A stretch of 64,000 bases of DNA from positions 1,488,001 through 1,552,000 of the forward strand of contig JANHCV010000008.1 of assembly GCA_025594325.1 (NCBI GenBank), in the 5' to 3' direction. Numbering within the stretch: the first letter of the stretch is position 1; each line of letters begins with the position of its first letter. A program made the translations under genes and the position numbers. Shown piece by piece: positions 1 through 10,911 of the stretch. The stretch is from Blastocladiella emersonii ATCC 22665. Taxonomy: Eukaryota; Fungi; Blastocladiomycota. The notes under the pieces were generated by a model that did no database searches, was not told the DNA's origin, and saw only the letters and a program-made list of their open reading frames with translations.

Positions 1-1811
1 TCCGAGTGGCCGCGCTCGCCCTTATCTGGGTCGGCGACGAAACCGCACCAGTAGCACGCGCCGCCCGCGTCAGGCGCGGTCTTCTGCTTCTTCCCCTTGC
101 GGGTGCCAAAGCGGTTACCCTTGGTCTTGCCCAAGCGCAACAAGCGCAACGAGCGCTCCTCCTTGTCCTCCAACAACGAGTTGGAGTCGTCAGCGCGGCT
201 CTTGCGCTTGTTGACGCCAGTCAAGGGCTTGCGCAACAACGACAAGCGGCGAACAATGGGCCACGAGTCGCTGCCGAAGTGGGCAACGATCTTGGCGCAC
301 AGCTTGGCAGTGGTGCTCGACTCGTTCACGGCTTTTGAGATGCAGCCGCGCGCGTAGTCGTTCTGCCCAGCGAACATGCCAATGACCAGGTCGCTGACCT
401 CCTCAAAGCGGAGCGGCGAGTCAGGCAGGGTTGCGTCGAGCGTCTCAACACGAGACCCAAGCTCGTTGGCAAAGAACAGGGCCCCCGTATAGTCGGCGGG
501 GTCCAGCGCGTGGAGGTGCTTACGGGCCGCCTTGCGGCGCTTGCGCGTGGCGCTTGGGTCTGCGCACTCCTGCAGGATGTACTTCCACACGTTGCAGGTG
601 TGGACAAGGTGCGCGTAGTGGGTGCCCGTCTCAATGGAGCCAATCAGGCGGAGCAGCTTGTTGCAGAGCACGCAGTCAAGGTTGTTGAAGAAGACGATGC
701 CAACGTTGTTGCCGAGGAAGACTGTGTCGTTGAGGTACGTGGGCGGGTGGTCGAGGAAACCGTGCTGGCGAGCAGCGAGCAGTTTGGCCTCAATGTCATC
801 CTTGGGGAACGTGTGCCACCCCTTGGTGCGGACCCACTTGTACGTGTCAAGCGACGCGGGCATCTTGTTGGGCAGGAGGAGGGTCCAGTTGGTCGATGCC
901 GCGGTCGGGTTGCCGGAGCCGGCGGCCGCAGCGGCTGAGGCGGAGAGCTGTTTGCAAAGCAGGCCGTCCGTGATCTTGAGCTTGCGCTGCAGCTTCTCGA
1001 CGTCAAGACAAGAGGACTCGAGCTCCTTGGTGAGCTTACCTAGCTCGAGCTTGGCGGCGTCGAGTTTCTTAGTTGCCTCGGTGGCCTTGGCCTCGGCGGC
1101 CATGGCCCTGGCCTTGGCGGCCGTGGTCTTCTCGGTGGCGATCTTGAGCTGGTCGTCGGCGACCTGCAGCTTGCATACGAGGTCGGCGTTGTTGCGCTGG
1201 GACTCGGCGAGGTCCATCTCAAAGCGCTTGGCCTCCGACTTGCTGTTGTTGCACTCCGGGATACCGTGACTGGCCAGGAAGGCCATGGCAGCAAGCGTGT
1301 GGCCCATGTCGTGGGGCAGCGGGGCGAACTCGTACGGCGGCGGGCGTACGGTGACGAGCTTCATGCCCAGCAGGACCAGGCCAAGCTTGAGGTAGTCATT
1401 GGGCTTCTTGGGCTCGACTGTCTCCAACGTTGAGGTCAGTGGCAACGGGATGAGGAACTCAAGCATCTTGGGCAGATTGTCAGGCGAGCAGACCAAGAGC
1501 GTCATGCCGTTGCGGATCACAACAAATTCGCCGTTGTCGGCCTTGTCCATGAGGGACGACGCGAGGGCCTGGCGGGACTGGCGGATGTGCTCGTCTGTGA
1601 GCTGGTTGGCGGGGAGCCCAGTAGCGGTGGTTGCGTGTTTGAGGACCATGTCGGGGGTTGGGACTATGAGGACGCGCTTCTCAGACTCGGCGCGAACCTC
1701 ATTGGCGAGCGACGGGACCATGTTGGTGGTCCTGAGACAAAGAAGGTCATGCAAAGACAAAGGTGAGCCACCAGTAACGCGGGAATCTCTCAACAATCGA
1801 GATCTGTACAT
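1..1811 (-). CDS. Ty1/copia Gag-like ORF, 3'-incomplete (runs off the window edge)
   Basis: Stop-free minus-strand frame from ATG 1811 (or 1721) to base 1, more than 570 codons; absent from the ORF track. Has a coiled-coil segment (about 950-1250), a basic stretch (RKGKKQK) and a zinc-knuckle-like CYWCG...GH at 6-56. Lies downstream of a copia-type PBS. Confidence 0.8.
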   Translation of the reverse strand, partial: MYRSRLLRDSRVTGGSPLSLHDLLCLRTTNMVPSLANEVRAESEKRVLIVPTPDMVLKHATTATGLPANQLTDEHIRQSRQALASSLMDKADNGEFVVIRNGMTLLVCSPDNLPKMLEFLIPLPLTSTLETVEPKKPNDYLKLGLVLLGMKLVTVRPPPYEFAPLPHDMGHTLAAMAFLASHGIPECNNSKSEAKRFEMDLAESQRNNADLVCKLQVADDQLKIATEKTTAAKARAMAAEAKATEATKKLDAAKLELGKLTKELESSCLDVEKLQRKLKITDGLLCKQLSASAAAAAGSGNPTAASTNWTLLLPNKMPASLDTYKWVRTKGWHTFPKDDIEAKLLAARQHGFLDHPPTYLNDTVFLGNNVGIVFFNNLDCVLCNKLLRLIGSIETGTHYAHLVHTCNVWKYILQECADPSATRKRRKAARKHLHALDPADYTGALFFANELGSRVETLDATLPDSPLRFEEVSDLVIGMFAGQNDYARGCISKAVNESSTTAKLCAKIVAHFGSDSWPIVRRLSLLRKPLTGVNKRKSRADDSNSLLEDKEERSLRLLRLGKTKGNRFGTRKGKKQKTAPDAGGACYWCGFVADPDKGERGHS

Positions 1812-2063
1812 GGTGGAGGTGCTTGTGGCCTGCTAGTGTGAACACTCGGAGCAGCTGGTCGGTACCGGAGGGTGGCGATGCAGAGAACTATGGACAAGCG
1901 AGGTGATCAAGAGTGAGTGAGCGGGTTCGGAAGTGAAGGAATGAAGGGCCCTTGCGTTGCGCAGCACCGCCTTGTCTTGTCCCACAGCCCAATCGTCCTG
2001 CGCTGCGTGGCTGCAAGCCCACGCATGCGATTCCGCACACCCAGCACACGCACGCACACACAC

Positions 2064-2144
2064 CCACCCACGGCGGGCGCTTGGCGCGACCCACCCATGG
2101 CGGGCGCTCGGCGCGACCCACCCACGGCGGACGCTCGGCGCGAC
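2064..2144. repeat. 3 x 27-bp tandem repeat in the retrotransposon 5' leader
   Basis: Unit ccacccacggcgggcgctyggcgcgac at 2064, 2091 and 2118, with 1-2 substitutions between units. Confidence 0.95.
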
Positions 2145-2242
2145 CCGCCGCGAACAAACTGTCACGGCGACCGAGGTCACGACGAACGGGTGCCTGCGAC
2201 CGCCAATCAGGATTGACGACGTCACCGAGTGCAATAGCTGGC

Positions 2243-2489
2243 GCGCCAACAGCAGGTCGCGGCGCGCCGTGTGGGTGCGCGCGCCGACAGCAGGCCGCGG
2301 CGCGAGGCACCCACAAGACAACGAACAGCGACCGCTTGACTGGGTGCGCTGTGAGACGATGGCCGCCTGATATCCGGTGCGCCAACAGCAGGTCGCGGCG
2401 CGCCGTGTGGGTGCGCGCGCCAACAGCAGGTTGCGGCGCGGGACACCCACAAGACAACGAACAGCGACCGCTCGACTGGGTGCGCTGTG
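2243..2489. repeat. Two ~111-bp direct repeats (period 136 bp) with an internal gcgccracagcagg sub-repeat
   Basis: 2243-2353 and 2379-2489 are near-identical. Confidence 0.9.
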
Positions 2490-2690
2490 GTGTGCATAGG
2501 TGGCGACTGGCTGGTGCGGAACGCCATGCGACGAGAGGAAGATGGGCTGCAGGCTGCAGACGCACACGAGGCGACGTCCAGGCCCAAGGTGGCAAGGATC
2601 AAGGGCAATGCGAGCACCGCGCAGCGAGCGCGCGGGCGGATCGCTTGGTGTCGAGGAAGAGCTGTTGCTAAACATGCGCGCATCCGAGCC

Positions 2691-2704
2691 CAGGGCTCAT
2701 AACC
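2691..2704 (-). mobile_element. Primer binding site complementary to the initiator tRNA-Met anticodon arm (copia/Ty5-type half-tRNA priming)
   Basis: Minus strand reads GGTTATGAGCCCTG; the plus strand cagggctcataacc equals the anticodon-arm sequence of yeast tRNAiMet. Confidence 0.9.
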
Positions 2705-3019
2705 TATAGAAGGAAACAGAGTAGCGTACTTGACAGGGAGGTGGAAGCTAAGCTGGATGCGCAGCCGTGACGATACAGAGAGGAACAGAATGTATTGACA
2801 ACGGCTAGACTAGCAACTGAACAATCAAAGGAACAAAAGAGGAGGGGAGAAGCGGGGACGACCGGTCGAGATGAGCGGTGCGACGGTTGGGCGGGCGGCC
2901 GCTCCCCCGGGGCGGCGATCAAAACAGAACAAGTGGTCGGGATGACGCGATTCTCACGTGCATCACGCGCGGCTGGTCCTAGACGCGTCTCGCACTCAGT
3001 CCCCGCGTGTGCGTGTACA
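2705..3019 (-). mobile_element. 5' LTR of the Ty1/copia element (outer boundary approximate)
   Basis: Abuts the PBS; non-coding, with a pyrimidine-rich stretch on the minus strand; candidate TGT start at 3019. The 3' LTR is outside the window, so the boundary cannot be confirmed. Confidence 0.55.
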
Positions 3020-3685
3020 CTTGAACTTGCTCGCTTAGGCTTGTAGTGTTAGTCAAATTTCAGTGTATGGACCTCAGATTTGGACGCGTCGGCGATTGTC
3101 CTCAGATTTGAAGGGAAGATCCAGCGCCTGAGTCCTCCGTTTGACTGGCTTGTCTGGACCGTCTGGAAGGATGGCGTGGGCCCTTTGGAGCGCCATGTTT
3201 TGGGCCGGGGTGGCGCAGCAAGCCCGCGGTGAGCTGGCGATAAGGATTATCTGGGCTGGAGCCACTGACGTCAGCAAAAGGTTTAGCCGCCTAGGTCAGA
3301 TCCTCGGGGAATTCCAACCGCTGCACAGGACCTCGCTCCCCTCAAAGTGAACAGCCTCGAACTGTTGGGGACTAAGCAAAGCACAGTCCAGATTTACGTT
3401 GCAGGGGTCGGAATGAAGTGAAAGCGAAAAACAACGGAACTCGTCGCGCGACGAAAATCGAAAACGGTCACTGAGCCACTCATGTGACCACAAGAGCAAG
3501 GTTGATGTGCCTGATAGGTTTCAATTGCTCCCACAGAAACTCAGCTTCGCTAAAGCTACAGCTGAGAATTGTAATCAGTTGATTTTTATTGCGGCGAGGC
3601 GTGGAACGCGGCTAATGGTCACGCTAAATGTGCGTAGCAAGATGCCTTGCCTCAAGTGGCGCGGCGCGCTTTGCTGACAGACGCC

Positions 3686-5776
3686 TTACTCTGCGAGAGA
3701 CGGAGCAAGGCGCAAAAGCGCGGCCTTCTGCTCGTGTCTTGTCCCAGGGACGTTCGTGAGCTTGGCCATGTCCGTTGCAGTGAGAACCGAGTCAAGGGCA
3801 CCTTCTTCAAGCTCCATGAGCACACTTGGAACGGGCGCGACGCAAAGGTAGAGCTCAACAATAAGACGTGGGTCTTCCTTGAGCCAGACGGAAAGAATCC
3901 ACGGTGTTGTGCAAAGAGAATTGCTTGCCTCGATCTTGGGCGCGCAGCAGGTGTTGGAAAGCTCCCTTGTGCTGGATTTGATTATGAGCTTTTTGGCCAA
4001 ATCGAAGCAATTCACCAGAAGCCGTGGCGCATTGACCTCGTCGGTCTTGGGCAGAAGCTGGCGGAGCGATTCAAACGCCTCCCGCCACACGATGTGGTAG
4101 GAGAGCGGGCAGTTGGAGCATTGGGTCAACTCAGGCGCATCGTCCATTGAGCCATGAATGCCGCTAGAAAAGTGGGCAGCTGTCATGGCACTGAATGGAC
4201 GGGATGCGGCACCCGTCTCGCGCACGATTGAGTGAGCGCCGTCCCTGATTTCGGGATCCGGGTTTGAGAGGACACAGGTGAGCAGCCATGAGATGGCTTG
4301 GGAGGCCACGAACCCCGGCATATCGTTTCAAGTATAAGCTGTCACAAGGGCCTGGCACACGAGGTAGAGAACGTGGAGCGGGCTTGTCATGGGTTCGCAG
4401 TTAAGCATGATGCGTAAATCGTAACCGCGGTCAAGCGCACTGGGCTCCCCAGGAAAGGGGACAAGGCGGTCCAAAAATTGCGTTGAGACAGTCCGCACCG
4501 CGATTTCAATCACGCGCTGCGTCATGCCACTCGCAAGATCATCCCGTCCAAACTGTACGCAACGGAACGCTACAGCTTGTTCAAAGGTGAGCTTGGACCT
4601 CAAGCAGCACGAAGGATATGTGAACAGCCCGTACCCTCCACGAGAATCTCCTCTCATGAATCAGGGCCAACGAGGTCGCGTAACTCAATGAAAGCAGTAT
4701 CCTTGTCACGACTCAAAGCACCGACGACTGCAACCGCCCAGTCAAACACGCGAATGATGCCGTGTTCCCAGAGCGGACCCAACAAATGTAGCTGACTGGA
4801 TGATCGACAAGGATTCGCGTCAGCAGAACAGGGTTACGCCAAGCTAGCGAACTGATCAGCGAACCTCGAGGCCTGAGCACGGCCGTATCCGTCCAGCTGC
4901 GCGAAATGAGCCAGTTAAGCGAGGCAATTTGCTGATCGTCGCCGGCAGGTTCGATTTGTGAAATTGCCAGCTTCGCGATCGGCGCAAGCGAAATGAAGGC
5001 GAGGATGCCGCTCTCGTCAAATGAGTTCCGACGAGTTGCAATCACGTCAAGCGCAGGACGTTGCCAACGCACGATGGCAAGGAAACCCAGGAAGTCAATG
5101 AGGCGAGGCGCGTAAGTCGACTTGGCCGCAGCAAGCTCCAGTTCGTTACCAGCAGTAGACCAAGGTAGTATAACGAGCTCCTTGAAACAAGACAAGTCGT
5201 GCCACTCGATCCAACCGAGTCAAAATGCGAGAACAGCGGGGGAGTGCGTTGTGATGCTGTCAAGGCAAGACTTGAGGAGGGAGAGTTGGCCACATGAGAC
5301 TGCGTAGACTAGCATGAGAATGAGAATTGCGAGAGAATGCCGAAATGGTGAAATTGAAGACCCCAATCCCGCGAGGTTGGTCAGTTCGCGAAGTCCAGCA
5401 TCCGCAGACTTGGCAGCCGAGATGCGTGTAAGTGCCCAAGAAGCAATGATAGTGAGGTGCGTTAAGTGCGAGCCTGGACTGTGGTTACAAATAATAGCGA
5501 GAGCGACGCGGAGGGCATCTCGAAAACCAAGCGGGGCGCTGTCGCGCTTGGTACGGAGCCGATAAGCGCGTGCAAACTGAACAAGATCGCGAAGAGCCCA
5601 AAGGACTTTGGCATGAGATCGGTGGCCACCGAGTGCACGGCGCGGGAAGCAGCGGCAAGCGCGGATCGGGGCTTGGCGAGCTGCAAGACCGCGACGGCGA
5701 GTTCGAGCGGGAGGTCGCCAATGCCCGCCAACATGATGCCGTCTATATTCTGAGTCGATTGCATAGAGTGATTCAT
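3686..5776 (-). pseudogene. F-box-like family copy F1 (frameshift plus premature stop)
   Basis: N-terminus GDLPLELAVAVLQL...AAASR fits an F-box-like pattern and is colinear with F2-F4. Frameshift near 5610; TGA at 5220-5222 where F3 has Trp. Confidence 0.8.
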
Positions 5777-5933
5777 GGTAGCGACGTGCTAGCCGAGGGG
5801 CAAGAGAGAGTGAAGTCGGGACGGACCGCCGCGAGCGAAGCAGGCCGCCCGAAAAGGGCGCCACACCGTCGCGAGCGGCTCTCGCTCTCGCAACGCACCA
5901 GCCACGCAGCACGAAAATTATTACGCTAATCAG

Positions 5934-7703
5934 ATGAACCTGTCTCTTGCCCATATAATCGAGCGCACGCTCATCCACGCAGTCTACTTACACGACGACC
6001 CGAATGACGTCGCTGGCCTGCTTGAATATGCGCGAGTACTGCCCAAGCCGCTGGCCCCTCGCGTCGCCCGCGCCATATTGAAGCGGTCGCCTGCCCTCTC
6101 CATGGACGCTGCGAGTGCGCGTGATGCGGTCAGAGTGCTCGACAAGTGGCGTGATTCGGGCCTGCCCCTCGTCTACTCGCACGCGGCCCTCACGGGTGCA
6201 AACGGCAAGTCGCTTGAGACCATGGAGTGGTGGGGCCGCTCGGGTCTCCACTTCTCACACCCGCAGTGCTTGGGTGGCTCGACCATGGACGTGCTGACCG
6301 AGCTGAATCTTGACGACCTCGCCCCGCTCTTCTTTGTTGATGTACGCTTGCGCTCAACGCTGAGACGTCACTCGTTCTAACCCGACGTGATGTAGATGCA
6401 ACATATAGCAGACGAATTATTTAACCAAATTATCTCGGACATTGCTACCGGGCAAGCGAGCAAGGTTGTTTTCCGTTCCTTGCACTTTTCTCTTGACAAG
6501 GTTTCTGCGCTCAACGAGGCCATGGCGAGCCCCAGCCAGGCCCTTACCTCACTCAAACTCACGGCTTGCTCCATCGACGTCCCGCGCTTCATGCTTCTAC
6601 GCTTTCCCGAATCCCTTATCAATCTCGAGTGGTCGCACGGCTGGGCTTCGCCTAGCATCGCTCACGAGCAGCTCAATTCGTGGGTTTGGCCTCATCACCT
6701 CGAGTCGTTGACTGTCTTCTACCTCAACCCTCTCAATCGCGTCGAAACTTATTTCCGCGCTCGCTCCGCGGTTCCCGAATCCACCTCGCAGTGCAGCAGT
6801 TCGCACGGTCCGTCAATTCAACCGTTCCTGGTCTCGCTTCCCTCAAGCCTCACCAAGTTGGAACTCTTCAGCTGCTCACTTGACGCTGAAGAATTCGCTA
6901 TACTTTTCCCACACCTTCCGCCTGCACTCGTGTATCTTGACATCAGCAACAATCGCCTGTCCGCGACGCAACTCAGCAGCGGTCACCTCCACCTGCCGCC
7001 CACGCTCCGCTTACTAAACCTCTCTGGCAACGAACTTTACCGGGCCACAAACGACGCGCCACTTGGCTGGATCTTTCCGGTCGGCCTCGAGTCGCTTGTC
7101 ATGTCATCGTGCACGCCATACGGATCTGCGGTTCGGCCTGACGCGGTGGGGCGCCAGCTCCCGCCTCTTGAGCTTGCTGCACTTTTCGCCACATCGTTAC
7201 CACCCAACCTCCTCTTGCTCGACCTCTCCATGAATCCCCTTTGCGGGGAACCGCATCTCACCATGCACGAGCGGTACAGGACGCGCTCGAAAGACTTTCA
7301 TCGGGCGAGTGGAGCGTCGCCAGCTGCGATGGCTCTACTCGCTCCTCGACTACCGCCCTCGCTGCAAAAGCTGTATCTCCTGTGTACGTGCGTTGGGGCG
7401 GGCGGGGCGCAACATCTTGCCGATCACATGCCTCCGCGCCTCGAAATCCTCGAACTCTCGCAGACCGACCTTGACGACGACGCGGTCCGTGCTCTTGCCC
7501 CTGCGCTGCCGCAGTCGCTCAAGGAGGTTTCGCTGAACTGGAATCCGTTTACTGAGGCGGTCGCGGGACTGCTTGCTGCACACCTCCCCGACGAGCTTAC
7601 TGCGCTTGACTTGGACCTTGTCGAGCTCAGCGACTCGGCTCTCGCGCTGCTGCGCGGCAAAGTTGCGCGTTCGGATGGGTTTGTTTCGTCACAATTCTTG
7701 TGA
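5934..7703 (+). CDS. F-box-like/ankyrin-like + RNI-type LRR protein L1, join(5934..6341,6396..7703), ~571 aa, apparently intact
   Basis: 54-nt phase-0 intron (gtacgc...ctaac...gtag). N-terminal LAHIIERTL...SMDAASARDAVRVLDKW...LETMEWW; repeated LPxxLxxLxLSxN units. Confidence 0.8.
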
Positions 7704-7981
7704 CGAATGTTCACGCGATTCGGTGAGCTCAGGCCCTCTCGCAGGGTGTTAGCCTAAACGATGTAGACGCAATTTAATTTCTTGATGCTGCTTATTCAAC
7801 GAGGCGATGACCGGCACAGTGTTTGACCTGGCAGCCTGTTTGTGATGTTTGTGCAAGGCGAGAGCGGGAGGGTCCCATGATCGTAGAGCCGACCGAGTGC
7901 TGGTCAACCAAAGTGAGACCCGTAAACCTTCGTATTTATCAAAGGATTGCAACAATCGCGATGAGGTATATATACAGCGCT

Positions 7982-9563
7982 CTACCAACGAACGATGAGA
8001 ATTGGAGGAGTAACCGCAGCTTCAAGCGCTGCAAAACCAGTATCGGTGACGCCAGTACCAATCAAGTTGACGAGCACAAGAGACCGGGGCAAGTTCTTGG
8101 CTAGGACAAGCGCGCCGGCATCTGTGATCCTATTCAATCCCAGATACAAGTCTTGGAGAGTGGTCGGAAGCCGCGGCGCGAGAATCGACACAGCGACATC
8201 CTCGAGGAGTACCGTTGAGATAGAGGGGTTGAAGAGCAGGTGGCATGTGCTGGGCTAATCCCTGAACAGCGGCGTAGTCAAGTTTACAGCTGGCTAGATT
8301 GAGGGAGGTTAATGAGCGCGCGAGGGTCCTGATCAGCTCAAATGATTGTGGGTGGGAGAAAATGTTGCCAACGTGGATGCCAAGCACAACAAGCTGTGGT
8401 GGAAGCATGCGAATGAAAGAAGGGAGTGCGTTCTCGTCCACTGAATCGAACGTGAGCATTAAGGTATAGAGCGAGGAGGCGAGTGCTGTGCCAAACGAAT
8501 TGGCCACATTGACAGTGAGCTTTGGCCCGTGAATGATGAGACGGGCGAGCTGCAGAGGAAGTGCGTAAGGCACCGTTACCAATGGTACCGCGGTGACGGT
8601 TACTGTTGGTGAGTGATGGCGGTCGTCGATCAGTTGCCATACGACGAGTTGCTGGAGCACTGGGGGAGGAGCGACACAAGAGATTCGAAACAAACCCTCG
8701 GTATCGAAGTAAGTAATACCTCAAGTCGCTCGAGCGATTCGGGAAGAACTCGACCAAGTGCAAGAATTGCAGCGCTGTCAAGGGAGCAGTGCTTGATTAG
8801 CAGTACTAAACCTCAGCGACTGAAGGCGTTGAGGCCAATTCATTACTGGCAAGTCGGCGCTCGACGTGGGAAGGCTCCCAAGCCAGAAGCCTGCAAAGTG
8901 GACCGAAGCCAGGGTCAAGGGCAGCTGGAACGCCGAGATTCGAGGAAGGTCGATTGTGCAGCCTTCAATGGTGAAAGTATCAAGTGCTCGTGGACTACCC
9001 GCCATTGCATCATTGAGCGTAGCAATTCCAGCCATCGAAAGGGGCCGTGGCTCGACATTGAGGTTTTCGATTTCGCCGCGCCCGATTCGAGCGCACAAGT
9101 CGTCGATGCCCTCGTCTACAGCAAACGGCCCGTCGTGGTCGAAAGGTTGGACCCCAAGCGCGACGTGTGCGTCTGGATCGGCCTCGCGCTCGTCCAGCCA
9201 CGCCTTGACCTGGTCCAGGTTGAGGACGCGTTTCGTCCGCCACCATTCGAGCACTTGAAGATCAAGTCCGTCAATAGCTGTCCCCAGCGCATCAAGCGAG
9301 TAACTGAGAGGGAGGCCAACCGAGGCCCACCATTCAAGGACGCGGATGTCGCCGCGAGCTGTTGCATTATCAAGCGAGAGATGCGACACGTGTTCCAGAA
9401 GAGTGGAATCGATGCGGCGGGCCAGGGGTCGAGGCACAACACGCGCATATTGAAGGAGGCCATCCACGTCGGCGGGGTCGTGCCCTCGGATCACATAAAC
9501 AAGAATCCGCTCAATGAATTCAGGGACGTGCATCGCCCTGAACATGTTGCATGAAGTTTGCAT
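7982..9563 (-). pseudogene. LRR family copy L2, broken over three reading frames
   Basis: MQTSCN...PEFIERILVYV...LQYARV...RGDIRVLEWW start; LRR tail LPTTLQDLYLGLNRITDAGA; stops and frameshifts between the segments. Confidence 0.75.
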
Positions 9564-9658
9564 TGTGCTGCTCCGGGCCTTGCGCGGGTCGGAGGGAGAG
9601 CCGTTGTGGAGCGAAGCCGCCGGCCGAACGCGCACGACGGTCGGTGTGGCGGCGGCCG

Positions 9659-9681
9659 GTCACATGATACTTCGACGCGTC
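9659..9681 (-). promoter_or_regulatory. Bipartite motif GACGCG-N7-ATCATGTGAC, 96 bp upstream of the L2 ATG
   Basis: Minus strand reads GACGCG TCGAAGT ATCATGTGAC; same spacing as six other copies. Confidence 0.7.
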
Positions 9682-10121
9682 TCGCCTAGTTCGCTCGCTT
9701 GGTCGCGTCGCCGACTGTTGATGTTGCTCATCTCAATAAACAATTCCGTGAGTTTGGTGTCGCTGTGCGGCGATATGATGTGCTACAGGGTCACCAAGCA
9801 CCGGCATGCGGTGGTCGGGGTTTGGGCGGGCGAGCTCAAAGGTCGTCGGTGTTCGAATCCTACCGAGGGGAGGGACCCGGGGCCCTTTTGCTGCCCGTCG
9901 CAAGACACTGGATTATTTTTCCCGCGCCGAGAATTGCCCATAAAATTCACGATCGCAGCCGACCTTGCAGCATGTCTGCCCGGGTTCATTTCCGCTTGTC
10001 CGTTGCGCAAACTAGGCTGACATGAATTTTGAATAGTTGATGGCCGCCATCTTGCTCAAACGAGATCTCTACACGGCGCCATTCTTCGAAATCGCACTGT
10101 GCACATTTTCAGGCTGTATAT

Positions 10122-10620
10122 TCAAACTCGCACCGCCTTTGGTGCAACGGCGCGGTTGCGGAACACGAACCGGTTGAAAATCTCGAGGAGCTCGCGCCGC
10201 CTAAACGATATCCACAGCATCAACTTGCCTTCGTTCGCTCCGAGAACTGCAATGAGCGGTGGCGTCTCGAGAATTTCGGGCAACCCATCCTCGGCAGCGC
10301 GCAACAGGCAGTTGAGGGAGACGCGAACGGGCCCCGCGGCGCGGACCAGATAGTACGCGTAGAAGGCAGGGTCGATGGCCCGATACTCTCGAGGCGCGGT
10401 ACCGCGCGTCGGGTGCTGGAACTGGGCGCCCTCAACGTGCTGGCGGATCGCTGGGTTGACAGCGTGGATCCACCGAAGGAGCGGGTATACGAGCTGCTCG
10501 GCGGCCGTCGGCGCCTGGCCGAACCGCCACACGCGATCGACAGCGCGGCCGAGAAGTAGCTCGCCCGTTGTGGTGAATGGTCGTGCCGCGTGGCTCAGCG
10601 CGAGACGTTTCAAGTCAAGC
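10122..10620 (-). CDS. ORF remnant of unknown function
   Basis: Protein-like composition, contains RAVDRVWRFGQ; no clear start codon; the upstream part of the listed ORF is a tandem repeat. Confidence 0.3.
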
Positions 10621-10628
10621 CACGTCCC

Positions 10629-10685
10629 ACGCGACGCGTTTCCCATCGCGTCACGCGACGCGTTTCCCATCGCGTCACGCGACGC
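10629..10685. repeat. 2.4 x 24-bp tandem repeat acgcgacgcgtttcccatcgcgtc
   Basis: Perfect units at 10629 and 10653, plus a partial unit at 10677. Confidence 0.95.
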
Positions 10686-10911
10686 CACTCGGACGCGTTC
10701 CCTCTCCGCGTCACCGCTGCGCGACGCGTCAACTCGGCCGCGGGCCTCGAACCGAGCCTTCTCTCCGTCTGCTGTTCTACGAATCACACGTAACAGTCGA
10801 TCGGAGCGTCGGTTCGGAGCTCGAGTGCTCACGTCGTTCGTCGCGCAGATTCTGTACTAGACCTCTTGCAGTACCTCTCGGTCCCCGGTCCCCCAACACC
10901 GTGACCGTCAT

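Noticed and set aside
2691-2704. tRNA-Met gene
   Set aside because: Only 14 nt match; no cloverleaf. It is a retrotransposon PBS.
3553-3567. ctacagctgaga match to the H2 subterminal sequence
   Set aside because: Only 12 nt, with no hairpin or CTAG after it.
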